Assembly (NCBI GenBank): GCA_963805625.1
Contig: CAWDVE010000004.1
Location: forward strand, 125,923-189,922
Direction: 5' to 3'
Origin: an uncultured Candidatus Rokubacteria bacterium
Lineage (GTDB): Bacteria > Methylomirabilota > Methylomirabilia > Rokubacteriales > DASRDR01
DNA: 64,000 bases
Shown in pieces: positions 52,031 through 62,496 of the stretch. Position numbers and translations under genes: made by a program. The notes under the pieces are model-generated. The model had not been told where the DNA came from and ran no database searches. It saw only the letters and a program-made list of their open reading frames with translations. The stretch's first letter is position 1. Each line of letters begins with the position of its first letter.

Positions 52031-53322
52031 CGCCGGCCTTCTCCGGCCGGTCGGCGGGCCGGTCGCGGCTCGCGGTTCTCTCCGTGCACACCTGCCCGCT
52101 CGCCGCGCTCGGTGGCAAGGAGACGGGCGGGATGAACGTCTACGTGCGCGAGGTGTCGCGCGCGCTCGGGCGCCTCGGCTTCGAGATCGACGTGTTCACC
52201 CGGAGCCAGGACCCCGCGATCCCGGAGGTGGTGCGGCTCGGGTCTGGCGCGCGAGTGGTCCACGTCCCCGCCGGCCCGGCCCGTCCGGTGGCGCGGGCCG
52301 CGGTGGCCGACCACCTCGAGGCGTTCGGCGAGGGGGTCGAGGCGTTCCGTACGCGCGAGCGGGTGCGCTACGATCTCGTCCACAGCCACTATTGGCTGTC
52401 GGGGCTTGCGGGGCTCGATCTGGCGCGCCGCTGGGACGTGCCGCTCGTCCACATGTTCCACACGCTCGGAGCGATCAAGAACGCGGTCGCCCGCGGCTCG
52501 GGCGACACCGAGCCGGCCGAGCGTCTGGCTGCCGAGGTTCGCATCGCGGCCGGCGCGGACCGGATCGTGGCCTCGAACCTGGTCGAGCGGGCGGACCTCG
52601 CCTGGCACCTGGGAGCGGACTCGGCCCGGGTGGCGGTCATCCCGTGCGGAGTCGACATCGATTTGTTCCGCCCGCGGGCGGCGGCACCCGCGCGGGCGCG
52701 TCTCGGGCTTGATGCCGAACATGTCCTCCTCTTCGTGGGCCGGCTGACGCCGATCAAGGGGCTCGAGACGCTCCTCCGGGCGCTTGCGGTCCTCAGATCC
52801 GACGGGCTCGCGGCGGCGCGGCTCACGCTGCTCGTCGTCGGCGGCACGAAGGGTGAGGAGGCGGGGAGCGGACACCTTCGTCGGCTCGCCCACGAGCTCG
52901 GCGTCGGCGCCTGGGTCGACTTCCGCGGCCCCCAGCCGCAGGATGTCCTCCCGGACTACTACGCGGCGGCCGATCTCTGCCTGATGCCGTCGCGCTACGA
53001 GTCATTCGGGATGGTGGCGCTCGAGGCGATGGCGTCCGGCGTCCCCGTGATCGCGTCGCGCGCCGGCGGCCTCGCCGTGACCGTCCAGGACGGAGTGACG
53101 GGTCGCCTGGTCCCCGAGGGCGACGTGGCGGGGCTCGCGCGTGCGGTGGCAGGGCTGCTCGCCGACGAGCCGGGGCGCCGTGCGCTCGGCCTCCGCGCCG
53201 TGGAGTGGGCGCGCCGGTTCGCGTGGCCGTCGGTCGGGCGGAGCATGGCGGACCTCTACGCCGAGCTGCTCCCAGCGCTCGAGGGTGCGGTCGGCGCCGC
53301 CGCCTGCCGCTCCGTCCTTTAA
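52027..53322 (+). CDS. GT4 glycosyltransferase, MshA-like
   Basis: SVHTCPL...GGMNVYV, HSHYWLSG, HMFHTLG, FVGRLTPIKG, ESFGMVALEA. Confidence 0.82.
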   Translation: MTPAFSGRSAGRSRLAVLSVHTCPLAALGGKETGGMNVYVREVSRALGRLGFEIDVFTRSQDPAIPEVVRLGSGARVVHVPAGPARPVARAAVADHLEAFGEGVEAFRTRERVRYDLVHSHYWLSGLAGLDLARRWDVPLVHMFHTLGAIKNAVARGSGDTEPAERLAAEVRIAAGADRIVASNLVERADLAWHLGADSARVAVIPCGVDIDLFRPRAAAPARARLGLDAEHVLLFVGRLTPIKGLETLLRALAVLRSDGLAAARLTLLVVGGTKGEEAGSGHLRRLAHELGVGAWVDFRGPQPQDVLPDYYAAADLCLMPSRYESFGMVALEAMASGVPVIASRAGGLAVTVQDGVTGRLVPEGDVAGLARAVAGLLADEPGRRALGLRAVEWARRFAWPSVGRSMADLYAELLPALEGAVGAAACRSVL

Positions 53323-53419
53323 CCCCCGTCCATCCGTCCAGCGCCTAGCCTGCTACCGCAGGCTCTGCTGTGCCGCATCCACGATGGCGGTAGAGCCAGT
53401 CCGGCGAACCGCCGCGGAG

Positions 53420-53926
53420 CTAGAAGATTGAGCGGCGGCCAGGGACGCGCTGCGAGAGGATCAGGCGGCCGGAGACCGTGAACGCCGCGATCTCGACGTA
53501 GTGCCGGGCGTCCCGGCTGCCCGCCGTCACGTGGGCGACCTCCATCTCGACGCGCGCGGGCGGATGCGGGAAGCGAGGCATCTCCAGCTCGATCGCGGTC
53601 GCGCAGGTGGGGCAGGGGTGCGTGATGGGTGCCTCCTGGGAGCGTGCCGCCTGGGCACGGACGGATGTGCCGACCGGCACGGGCGGAGCGACCTCGACCA
53701 GGCCAGCTGCCGACAGAAACGCGACCGGCCGCGGGCGGCGCCGGTCGGTCTGGCGGCGGTCCATCGCGGGCCCGAAGCTCCCGCGTCGTCGCTCCCGGCT
53801 CCGGCGCTCGACGACCACCTCCACACCGGAGCCATGGAGCCGCTCGCGCAGGATCTCGAGTAGCTCCCGCTGCTCGGGCTTCACCACGAGATACCAGCGG
53901 GCCGATCCGGTGCCGTTCTTGTCCAT
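53420..53926 (-). CDS. Hypothetical protein with (D/E)RR repeats and a CxxC motif
   Basis: WYLVV...VEVVVERRSRERR...DRRQTDRR, CPTC; preceded by a sigma54 box. Confidence 0.65.
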   Translation of the reverse strand: MDKNGTGSARWYLVVKPEQRELLEILRERLHGSGVEVVVERRSRERRRGSFGPAMDRRQTDRRRPRPVAFLSAAGLVEVAPPVPVGTSVRAQAARSQEAPITHPCPTCATAIELEMPRFPHPPARVEMEVAHVTAGSRDARHYVEIAAFTVSGRLILSQRVPGRRSIF

Positions 53927-54006
53927 TCTGCCCAGTGTCCCCCAGTGAGGTTGCCCCGCTCAGCCGCGCGGCGGCGGCCGGCGCCACTCCCGCGATGTGG
54001 AAACAA

Positions 54007-54022
54007 AGCAACACGCGTGCCA
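54007..54022 (-). promoter_or_regulatory. Sigma54 (-24/-12) promoter
   Basis: TGGCACGCGTGTTGCT on the minus strand, near-perfect consensus. Confidence 0.8.
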
Positions 54023-54128
54023 CGCGGAAGGGCCGAGAATCGACGGAAAAGCAAGGATTCGGCGTCGTTCGGGCGGGAGGACTTCCACGACTAGGGAAGT
54101 TCACCCTACGTAATGGGCGGGAACCTGC

Positions 54129-55031
54129 CTACTGGGTGCGCAGCTTGGGATCCAGAGCGTCGCGGAGTGAGTCGCCGAACAGGTTGAAGGCGAAGACGGC
54201 AAGGCTGATCGCCAGGCCGGGGAAGATCCCCATCCAGGGAGCCGCCTCGGCGAACTCGACCGCCGCGCCCCGAAGCATGAGCCCCCACGCTGCCGTCGGC
54301 TCTTGAACTCCGAGCCCGAGGAATGAGAGCGACGCCTCCAGCAGGACCGCCTGACCCACGAAAGCGGTCAGCATGATCAGGTAGGGCGCCATGACGTTCG
54401 GCAGCATGTGGCGGAAGATGATTCGCGCGTGGCTGAATCCGGCAGCGCGGGCCGCGTCCACGTAGGGCATCTCGCGAATGGCGAGCGAACTCGAGCGAAC
54501 GACCAGGGCGCAGCGGGGGATCATGGGGATCGTGATCGCGAGGATCACGTTGAGGGCGCCGGTTCCGAGGATCACCACCACCGCCAGGGCCAGGATGATG
54601 ATGGGCAGCGACAGGAACACGTCCATCACGCGCTGCAGGATCAGGTCCAGCCACCCGCCGAAGTAGGCGCTGCCGACGCCCAGGATGGCGCCCAGGGTGG
54701 CGCCGATCACCGCGGCACCGAAGCCAACGAGGAGCGCCGTCCGCGAGCCGTAGATGAGGCGCGAGTAGACATCTCGCCCGTGGGCATCGGTGCCGAGCCA
54801 GTGCTGCGCGCCCGGCGGTGAGAGCATTGCGCCATAGTCGTTGGCCAGCGGGTTGTGCGTGACCAGGAACGGGGCGAAGACGGCGACCGCCGCCATCAGG
54901 ACGATGACTGCGGCCCCGATCGCACCGAGCGGGCGCTGGCGCACGAACTGACGCACCCCGTCGAGCCGTCGGGGCGACGGCTCGACGGCCGCGACGTCGG
55001 CGAGGACCTCGATGGAGGGATTGATTGCCAT
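54129..55031 (-). CDS. Peptide ABC permease, DppC-like
   Basis: HWLGTDAHGRD, PYVDAARAAG, GDSLRDALDPK; TGATG coupling with the upstream permease. Confidence 0.9.
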   Translation of the reverse strand: MAINPSIEVLADVAAVEPSPRRLDGVRQFVRQRPLGAIGAAVIVLMAAVAVFAPFLVTHNPLANDYGAMLSPPGAQHWLGTDAHGRDVYSRLIYGSRTALLVGFGAAVIGATLGAILGVGSAYFGGWLDLILQRVMDVFLSLPIIILALAVVVILGTGALNVILAITIPMIPRCALVVRSSSLAIREMPYVDAARAAGFSHARIIFRHMLPNVMAPYLIMLTAFVGQAVLLEASLSFLGLGVQEPTAAWGLMLRGAAVEFAEAAPWMGIFPGLAISLAVFAFNLFGDSLRDALDPKLRTQ

Positions 55032-55990
55032 CAGCGGTACCGGATGCGGGGGTCGATCCAGGCGAAGGCAAGGTCGACCAGGAAGTTGACCGCGATGAAC
55101 GTCCCGGCCACCAGCAGCACGAGCGCCTGGGTGAGGGTGTAGTCTCGGTGGGCGATCGCCTGGACGAAGAGTAGACCGAGCCCGTTCAGGTTGAACACCT
55201 GCTCGGTGACGACGAGCCCGCCTAGCAGGAACGCGAACTCGAGGGCGATCACGGTCAGGACCGGGAGCATCGCGTTCTTGAGCGCGTGCCGGGTCAGGAT
55301 CAGCTTTGTCCAGAGCCCCTTCGCCCGCGCGGTGCGGATGTAGTCCTCGCGCAGCACCTCGAGCATCGCGGACCGGGTCATCCGCGTGGCGACCGCCGAG
55401 TAGCGATAGCCGACGGCAATCGCCGGCCAGATGAGCTGGACGAGGTTCTGCCAGGGGTCCACCCAGGGAGGCGTGTAGATCATCGGAGGCAGCCAGCGGA
55501 AGACCACGAGCAGACCGAGGATCATCAGGATCCCCAGCCAGAACGAGGGCATGGCCAGCCCGGCGATCGAGAAGACCCGGACGGCATAGTCCACCCAGGT
55601 ATCCTGGCGGAGCGCGGCCACGATGCCGAGCGGGATGGCCAGCACCGTCGCCACGAAGGTCGCCATCAACGCGACCTGAAGCGAGAGAGCGAACCGGAGG
55701 CGGATCTCTTCCGTGATCGGGGATCCCGTCCACATCGACAGGCCGAGGTCGAGGCGGAGGAGCCCGAGGAGGTAGTCGACGAATTGCCGACCGATGGACC
55801 GGTCGAGACCGAGCTTGGTCCGCTCCTCGTCGAGCATCTTCTGGTCGAGGAACTGGTTCGTTCCTCCGGTGAGGAAGCGCATCTCGACGACGTCCCCGGG
55901 GATCACCCGCAGCAGGACGAACACCAGCACCGCGACCCCGAGGAGGGCTGGGAACATCAGGAGGAATCGCTTCACGATGTAACGGGTCAT
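55031..55990 (-). CDS. Peptide ABC permease, DppB-like
   Basis: IPGD, LDLGLS, EDYIRTARAKGL, IDPRIRY. Confidence 0.9.
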   Translation of the reverse strand: MTRYIVKRFLLMFPALLGVAVLVFVLLRVIPGDVVEMRFLTGGTNQFLDQKMLDEERTKLGLDRSIGRQFVDYLLGLLRLDLGLSMWTGSPITEEIRLRFALSLQVALMATFVATVLAIPLGIVAALRQDTWVDYAVRVFSIAGLAMPSFWLGILMILGLLVVFRWLPPMIYTPPWVDPWQNLVQLIWPAIAVGYRYSAVATRMTRSAMLEVLREDYIRTARAKGLWTKLILTRHALKNAMLPVLTVIALEFAFLLGGLVVTEQVFNLNGLGLLFVQAIAHRDYTLTQALVLLVAGTFIAVNFLVDLAFAWIDPRIRYR

Positions 55991-56140
55991 GGGGTCAAGC
56001 TTTGACTTCCGAACATTTCGGGCTCCGGGGCCCCGGGGTCAGGCCCTGACCTCCTAGGATTCGCCTCCCTGGTTCGAGCTTCCGGTTCGCCGCGCCCCGG
56101 GGAGGGGCAGCGAATTGTCGGGAAGTCAAAGTCTGACCCC
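55991..56140. mobile_element. REP doublet (REPIN-like), copies 8 and 9
   Basis: GGGGTCAAGCTTTGACTTCCGAACATTTC (55991-56019), 92-bp spacer, GAATTGTCGGGAAGTCAAAGTCTGACCCC (56112-56140). Confidence 0.88.
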
Positions 56141-56148
56141 GGAGCGGG

Positions 56149-57777
56149 CTACTCCGAGAGCCACACCGTGTCGAGCTGGTTGTTGAGGTAGTGGCTCGGG
56201 GTGATCTGCCACCCCTTGACCTTGCTGCTGTGGGGGATGATGCGATGCCACTGGAGCGTCAGGAGATAGTGGGCCTCCTCGTCGAGGAGGCGCTTCTCGA
56301 ACTGCCGGATGAACGCCTTCCGCTCGTCGGGATTGGACGAGCGCGCCTGCTTCTCGTAGAGATTGTCGAGCACGCGGTCGGTGTAGCGCCCGTAGTTCGC
56401 CGGATTCTTGTCCTTCGAGAGGAACTTGTACATGTCGAGGTCGGGCTCGACGATGTAGCCGCACTGGAAGTCCATGGCCACCTGGAAATCACCGGCCCGG
56501 AGCGGCGTGTAGTATGCCGCCGCTTCGATGACCTCCTGGTTGACGGTAACGCCGACCTGGCGCCACTGGTCGATCATCCAGATGGCGAGCGGCTCGTAGG
56601 GCATGGGGATGCCGCGGTTCTTGAAGGTGAAGGACAGCCCCTCGGCGCCGGCCTCCTTGAGGAGCCGCCGCGCCTCGGCGCGGGCGGCGTTGATGTCGCG
56701 CCCGTAGCCCGCGAGCTTCTCCAGCTCGGCGGGCGGTGTGGCGTACGGCGTGCCCGGCACCTGGACGCCGGCCACCTCCTTGACGATCGCGATGCGCGAC
56801 AGGGCCTTCGAGCCTTCGTAGCGGTCGAGCGCGAGGGTCAGCGCCCGTCGGACGCGCACGTCGTCGAAGGGCTTCTTCTCGTGATTGATGACACCCATCA
56901 GGATGCAGTCCCAGGGGCTCTCCTGGACCGTGATCTTGTTCCCGAGCGCCTGGACGAGGCTGTCGCGCTCAGCCGGGCTGAAGCCGCGGAACTGGATGTG
57001 CCCACGCTCGCCGCGGATCATCGCGACCTGCGCCGACGAGGAGCTGACGAAGACGGCCCGGAAGCCATCGAGGTAGGGCTTCCCCTTGTCCCAGTAGTCG
57101 GGGTTCTTCTTCCCCACCACGTGGGAGCCCTTGACGTGCTCGACGAACTTGAAGGGTCCCGTCCCCATGACGTTCTTCTCGTACCAGTGCATGTCCTTGG
57201 CGAGGATGTCCGCCTTGTAGATGAAGTTGTACGGGGACGAGACGGCGAGGAGGAACGAGCTTGATGCCCATTTGAGGTGGAAGCGGACCGTACGGGGGTC
57301 TGGCGCCTCCACGGCCTCCACAGCGCCGGCCTCCACGGCGCTGTACTGACCCTTGCGGCTCGACCCGACCCCGGGCGGCGGGAAGATGATCTTGTCGTAG
57401 GACGCCTTGACGTCCTTCGACGTCATCTCGGTCCCGTCGTGGAACTTGACGCCCGTGCGGAGCTTGAACGTGTAGATGAGGCCGTCCTTGGAGACGGTCC
57501 AGCTCTCAGCGAGGTCTCCGATGGGCTTGGTCCCGCTCGGGTCGGTGGGGTCGACTCGGAGGAGCGTGCTGTAGAAGGGGGCGAACGGGTGGATCAGCCC
57601 GAACGTCTCCTCGCGGTGGCCGTCGTAGGACGGCGGCTCCGAGGGCACCGGAAAGACGAGCTCTCCCCCGTACCGCGGCTGTTGCGCCCCTGCCGGCATC
57701 GTGGTCATCGCCAGCGCCACGACCAGCAGTGTCGACAGGATCGAGCCGGCGAGGGTCCTCGATCGCCTCTTGGTCAT
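56149..57777 (-). CDS. Family 5 ABC substrate-binding protein
   Basis: GAGGAGGT RBS, signal peptide, DLAESW, VKFHDG, MGTGPF, PFDDVRVRRAL. Confidence 0.9.
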   Translation of the reverse strand: MTKRRSRTLAGSILSTLLVVALAMTTMPAGAQQPRYGGELVFPVPSEPPSYDGHREETFGLIHPFAPFYSTLLRVDPTDPSGTKPIGDLAESWTVSKDGLIYTFKLRTGVKFHDGTEMTSKDVKASYDKIIFPPPGVGSSRKGQYSAVEAGAVEAVEAPDPRTVRFHLKWASSSFLLAVSSPYNFIYKADILAKDMHWYEKNVMGTGPFKFVEHVKGSHVVGKKNPDYWDKGKPYLDGFRAVFVSSSSAQVAMIRGERGHIQFRGFSPAERDSLVQALGNKITVQESPWDCILMGVINHEKKPFDDVRVRRALTLALDRYEGSKALSRIAIVKEVAGVQVPGTPYATPPAELEKLAGYGRDINAARAEARRLLKEAGAEGLSFTFKNRGIPMPYEPLAIWMIDQWRQVGVTVNQEVIEAAAYYTPLRAGDFQVAMDFQCGYIVEPDLDMYKFLSKDKNPANYGRYTDRVLDNLYEKQARSSNPDERKAFIRQFEKRLLDEEAHYLLTLQWHRIIPHSSKVKGWQITPSHYLNNQLDTVWLSE

Positions 57778-57945
57778 GAGCCACCTCCTCGGACGGGTGT
57801 GCTGATGGCGTCGGCCGGCGCCTTCCGGCTGCGCCGGGCGCGAAGCCAGGTGAGGCCATGCTCGGGATGCATGGCCGTTCGCGACCATCTCAAGGACGAT
57901 CTTCGCGGCCATTCTCACGGCCATCGGTCAGGGAAGGTTGGAGCC

Positions 57946-57975
57946 AGCCTAGCCGCGTCCGGTTAATCCTGTCAA
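57946..57975 (-). promoter_or_regulatory. Possible internal sigma70 promoter for the SBP-permease genes
   Basis: TTGACA-N18-TAGGCT. Confidence 0.5.
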
Positions 57976-58030
57976 GGTCCGACCATCGGACCAGCAGGCC
58001 GTCCTCTGGCTCCAGCCGCCGGGATCGCTG

Positions 58031-59092
58031 TCAGGCCAGATGGCAGGCCGCCCGGTGCCCAGATCCGAGCTCCCGGAGGTCCGGCCGAGTCCGCTGGCAC
58101 TCCTCGACGGCGATGGGACAGCGCGGGTGGAACGCGCACCCGCGGGGTGGGTGGAGCGCGCTCGGCACCTCGCCCCCGAGGACGACCCGCTCCCGGTGCG
58201 CCTCCACCTCGGGGTCGGGGATGGGCACAGCCGAGAGGAGGGCCTTCGTGTACGGGTGGCGCGGCGCCTCGTAGAGCGTCTGCCGGTCGGCCAGCTCCAC
58301 GATGCGGCCCAGGTACATGACCGCGACGCGGTCGGAGATGTGGCGGACGACGGACAGGTCGTGGGCGATGAAGAGGTACGTGAGGCCGAGCTCCCGCCGG
58401 AGGTCCTCGAGCAGGTTGATGATCTGCGCCTGGATCGAGACGTCCAGCGCCGACACCGGCTCGTCGCAGATGATCAGCGACGGCTCGAGGGCGAGGGCCC
58501 GCGCGATGCCGACCCGCTGGCGCTGGCCGCCCGACAGCTCGTGCGGGTAGCGCCGGCCGTGCTGAGGCAGGAGCCCTACCTGCCGGAGGAGCTCCTGCAC
58601 GCGAACGGCTCGCGCCGAGGCCTCCGGGACGAGGCCGTGGACCCCGAGCGGCTCGCCCACGATCTGGCCCACGGTCATCCGGGGGTTCAGCGAGCTGTAG
58701 GGGTCCTGGAAGATCACCTGAATTCGCCGGCGCACCGACCTGAGGGCCGCGGGCGCGAGGGTGGTCAGCTCCTGCCCTTCGAAGCGCACCGATCCGCTGG
58801 TCGGCTGCTCGAGCTGGAGGATGCAGCGCCCCGTCGTGGTCTTGCCGCAGCCGGACTCTCCCACGAGGCCGAGCGTCTCGCCCCGACGGATCGTGAAGCT
58901 GACGCCGTCGACCGCCCGCACCAGGCCGACCTGGCGACCGAACAGCCCCGTCGACACGGGGTAGTGCTTGACGAGGTCCTTCACCTCGAGGAGCACGTCG
59001 CTCCCAGGGTCATGCCGAGGAGCGTCGGCGGTCGCGGTGGCCGCCCCGACGGGCCCGGACCGGCTCGAGGCACTGCCCTGGGGGGCGGTCAC
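58031..59092 (-). CDS. Peptide ABC ATPase, DppF/OppF-like
   Basis: [29 protein letters not shown]; GTGA overlap with the upstream ATPase. Confidence 0.9.
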   Translation of the reverse strand: MTAPQGSASSRSGPVGAATATADAPRHDPGSDVLLEVKDLVKHYPVSTGLFGRQVGLVRAVDGVSFTIRRGETLGLVGESGCGKTTTGRCILQLEQPTSGSVRFEGQELTTLAPAALRSVRRRIQVIFQDPYSSLNPRMTVGQIVGEPLGVHGLVPEASARAVRVQELLRQVGLLPQHGRRYPHELSGGQRQRVGIARALALEPSLIICDEPVSALDVSIQAQIINLLEDLRRELGLTYLFIAHDLSVVRHISDRVAVMYLGRIVELADRQTLYEAPRHPYTKALLSAVPIPDPEVEAHRERVVLGGEVPSALHPPRGCAFHPRCPIAVEECQRTRPDLRELGSGHRAACHLA

Positions 59093-60099
59093 CGGGCCAC
59101 CTCGGCGACGACCGTGGTATCGGGCAGGCGCTCGATCTCCCAGCAGGCGCTCACGTGTCCTTCGTCCCCGGCCGGGCGGAGCACCGGCCGTTCCGTCAGA
59201 CACCGCTCCACGCGGAACGCGCAGCGGGGCGCGAACGCGCACCCCGGCGGGAGACGCGAGAGGTCCGGGGGCTGGCCCTCGATCGGGTCGAGCCGCGCCC
59301 GGCGGGGGGCGTCGAGCCGCGGCACGGAGCGGAGGAGCCCGAGCGTGTAGGGGTGGCGGGGGTGGGCGTAGAGCTCGCGGGCCGAGCCCTGCTCCACGAT
59401 GCGCCCGGCGTACATGACGTTGACGCGGTGGGCGTAGCGCGCGACGACGCCGAGGTTGTGGGTGATGATGAGCATCGCGACACCCAGCCGCCGGGAGAGC
59501 GACTTCATCAGCTCGAGGATCTGCGCCTGGATCGTCACGTCGAGCGCCGTGGTGGGCTCGTCGGCGAGGACGAGGGACGGCTCGCAGGCCAGCGCCATCG
59601 CAATCATCATGCGCTGGCGCATCCCGCCGCTGAACTGGTGCGGGTACTGCCGGAGGCGCCGCGCCGGGTCGGGGATGCCAACCATCTGGAGGAGGTCCTC
59701 CGCGCGGGCCCGGGCGCGCGCGGCGTCGGCGCCGAGGTGGATCTCGACGCCCTCCGTCAGCTGGCGCCCGACGGAGAGCACGGGGTTCAGCGAGGTCATG
59801 GGCTCCTGGAAGACCATGGCGATCTCGCGCCCGCGCACCCGGCGCATCTCCTCCTCGGAGAGCCGGAGGAGGTCCTTGCCCTTGAACCAGATCTCGCCGC
59901 CGACGATCCGGCCGGCGGGCGCGGCGACGAGGCGCATGACGGAGAGTGCGCTCACGCTCTTGCCGCACCCCGACTCGCCGACGAGCGCCACCGTCTCGGC
60001 CTCGCGGACGTCCCAGGAGACGTCGTCGACGGCGCGTACCACGCCACCCCGCGTGGCGAACTGGGTACTGAGATGGCGGACGTCCAGAAGGGGCGCCAA
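59089..60099 (-). CDS. Peptide ABC ATPase, DppD/OppD-like
   Basis: [33 protein letters not shown]. Confidence 0.9.
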   Translation of the reverse strand: MAPLLDVRHLSTQFATRGGVVRAVDDVSWDVREAETVALVGESGCGKSVSALSVMRLVAAPAGRIVGGEIWFKGKDLLRLSEEEMRRVRGREIAMVFQEPMTSLNPVLSVGRQLTEGVEIHLGADAARARARAEDLLQMVGIPDPARRLRQYPHQFSGGMRQRMMIAMALACEPSLVLADEPTTALDVTIQAQILELMKSLSRRLGVAMLIITHNLGVVARYAHRVNVMYAGRIVEQGSARELYAHPRHPYTLGLLRSVPRLDAPRRARLDPIEGQPPDLSRLPPGCAFAPRCAFRVERCLTERPVLRPAGDEGHVSACWEIERLPDTTVVAEVAR

Positions 60100-60213
60100 G
60101 GCGGCGACAGTCTAGCAAAAACGCCGGGGGGCTGCGATGATCGGCCTGGTGGGGTCCATTGGGGCTTGGTGGTCTGATGGGCCGGGCCGCGGGGCCCGGC
60201 GGGAGGGTGAGCC

Positions 60214-61806
60214 GTGACCGGAGCCCAGCTCCTCATCCGCTGCCTCGAGCAGGAGGGCGTGCGCTACGTCTTCGGCGTGCCCGGCGAGGAGACGCTCGAC
60301 CTGAACGACGCCCTCCTCGACTCGCCCATCCGCTTCATCCCGGTGCGTCACGAGCAGGCGGCCGCCTTCATGGCGGATGTCTGGGGGCGGCTCACCGGCC
60401 GGGCGGGCGTGTGCCTGGCGACCCTCGGGCCCGGCGCGACAAACCTCACCACCGGCCTGGCCGACGCGAACCTCGACCGGGCGCCCGTGGTGGCGATCAC
60501 GGGCCAGCTCGCCCGCGGCCTCCTCCACAAGGAGTCTCACCAGTACGTCGACATCGTGGAGGCATTCCGGCCCTTCACGAAGTGGAACGCCCAGATCGAG
60601 ACGGGCGAGGTCATCCCCGAGGTGGTGCGGAAGGCGTTCAAGGTCGCCCAGGAGGAAAAGCCCGGGGCTTGCCACCTCGAGCTGCCGGAAGACGTGGCCG
60701 GGGAGCCCGCCGAGGGCGAGCCCCTGCGCGTCTACCAGCCCCGCCGCCCGTCGCCCGACCGGCCCTCGCTCGCGCGCGCGGCGGACATCGTGAACCGCGC
60801 GGACCGCCCGCTGATCCTCGCGGGGAACGGCGTGATTCGCGGACACGCCGCGCGGGAGCTGCGCGTGCTGGCCGAGCGCGCCCAGATCCCGGTGGTGACG
60901 ACGTTCATGGCCAAGGGCGCCTTGCCCGCCGACCATCCGCTCATGGTCACCACCGTCGGCCTCGTCTCGGAGGACATCGAGCGCGCCGGGTTCACGAAGG
61001 CGGACGTCATCGTGGCGGTGGGTTACGATCCGGTCGAGTACGCGCCGTCCCGCTGGCACCCGTCGGGGCACGCGCGTCTGGTCCACGTCGACTTCACGGC
61101 CGCCGAGGTGGACGCGCGCTACCAGCCGGACGTGGAGGTCGTCGCCGACGTGCGCGAGGCGCTCGAGCTCCTGGCGCCGCTCGTGGCCGTGCGTCCCCAG
61201 GCGAGGCCGCCGGCGCCCCGCGCCCCCGATCCCCGGCGGCGCGCAGACGCCTTCCCCTTGCTCCCGCAGCGGATCATGGCCGACCTCGAGGCCGTGCTCG
61301 CGCCGGAGGACCTCGTCGTGTCGGACGTCGGGGCGCACAAGCTCTGGGTCGCCAAGGCGTACGGGGCGCGGCTCCCGAACACGGTGATCATCTCGAACGG
61401 CTTCGCCGCGATGGGGATCGGCCTCCCGGGGGCGATCGCCGCCAAGCTGGCTGAGCCGGATCGGCGGGTGGTCACCGTCACCGGCGACGGCGGCTTTCTC
61501 ATGAACGCGCAAGAGCTCGAGACGGCGCGCCGGCTGGGTCTCGGCTTCGCAGTGCTGATCATGCGGGACGACGGCTACGGCGTCATCCGCTGGAAGCAGC
61601 AGAGGCGGTTCGGGCGGACCGCGGGCGTGGACCTCGGCAACCCCGACCTGGTCGCGCTCGCCGAGGCTTTCGGCTGCCGGGGGATCCGCGTCGAGTCGGC
61701 GGCCGGCCTCCGACCGGCTCTCGACGCCGCGCTGGCGTCGCCGGTGCCGACGCTCGTCGACTGCCCGGTCGACTATGCCGAGAACGACCGGCTGGCGGAG
61801 TTGTAG
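60214..61806 (+). CDS. Acetolactate synthase large-subunit-like ThDP enzyme
   Basis: [42 protein letters not shown]. Confidence 0.87.
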   Translation: MTGAQLLIRCLEQEGVRYVFGVPGEETLDLNDALLDSPIRFIPVRHEQAAAFMADVWGRLTGRAGVCLATLGPGATNLTTGLADANLDRAPVVAITGQLARGLLHKESHQYVDIVEAFRPFTKWNAQIETGEVIPEVVRKAFKVAQEEKPGACHLELPEDVAGEPAEGEPLRVYQPRRPSPDRPSLARAADIVNRADRPLILAGNGVIRGHAARELRVLAERAQIPVVTTFMAKGALPADHPLMVTTVGLVSEDIERAGFTKADVIVAVGYDPVEYAPSRWHPSGHARLVHVDFTAAEVDARYQPDVEVVADVREALELLAPLVAVRPQARPPAPRAPDPRRRADAFPLLPQRIMADLEAVLAPEDLVVSDVGAHKLWVAKAYGARLPNTVIISNGFAAMGIGLPGAIAAKLAEPDRRVVTVTGDGGFLMNAQELETARRLGLGFAVLIMRDDGYGVIRWKQQRRFGRTAGVDLGNPDLVALAEAFGCRGIRVESAAGLRPALDAALASPVPTLVDCPVDYAENDRLAEL

Positions 61807-61848
61807 AGCGCGGTGCCCCGCTCTCCTGGCGTCGTCCGGTTCTGAGCG

Positions 61849-62496
61849 ATGGCCTTCCGGCTCCCGCGCGGCGCGCGCCTGGTGCGCTTCCCGTCGGCTG
61901 ACGGGCTCCAGCTCGAGGGGCGCCTCACCGCCGGCAGCCGGGACCAGGGCGTCGTGCTCTGCCATCCGCACCCGCTCTACGGCGGCTCGATGCTGACGCC
62001 GGTGATCCTGACGGTCGAGACGGCCTTCCGCACCGCGGGCTTCACGACCCTCGCGTTCAACTTCCGCGGGGTCGGCGCCAGCGAGGGGACGCACGGGGAG
62101 GGGCGCACCGAGGTCGCGGACGTCGCGGGCGCGCTCGCCAATCTGAGGGCGGCGCTCGACGGTGCGCCTCGGATGGTCGCGATCGCCGGCTACTCGTTCG
62201 GCAGCCACGTCGGCGGTCGGGCCGCCGCGGCCGATCCGGGCGTCGGGTTCTACCTTGGCGTCGCGCCCGTCGTCTTGCGCTACGACTACACCTTCCTGGC
62301 CCGCCTCCGCGGCCGGGTCGCGCTCATCGCCGGAGCCCGCGACGAGTTCTCCGACCCGGCGCGCCTCGAGACCCTGGCGGCGAGCCTCCCGGAGCGGCCG
62401 TGGCTCCGCGTGCTCGACACGGACCACTTCTTCGCGGATGTGCTGGACGATCTCGCGGCTGCGTGCGGCACGGCGATCGCCTGGGCGGCCGCGTGA
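61849..62496 (+). CDS. Alpha/beta hydrolase
   Basis: CHPHPLYGGSM, FNFRGVG, GYSFG nucleophile elbow, DHFF. Confidence 0.85.
   Translation: MAFRLPRGARLVRFPSADGLQLEGRLTAGSRDQGVVLCHPHPLYGGSMLTPVILTVETAFRTAGFTTLAFNFRGVGASEGTHGEGRTEVADVAGALANLRAALDGAPRMVAIAGYSFGSHVGGRAAAADPGVGFYLGVAPVVLRYDYTFLARLRGRVALIAGARDEFSDPARLETLAASLPERPWLRVLDTDHFFADVLDDLAAACGTAIAWAAA

Noticed and set aside
57305-57339. Short GCCTCCAC(G/A) repeats giving AVEAGAVEAVEA in the SBP
   Set aside because: Small in-frame slippage duplication, probably in a loop; no sign of function.
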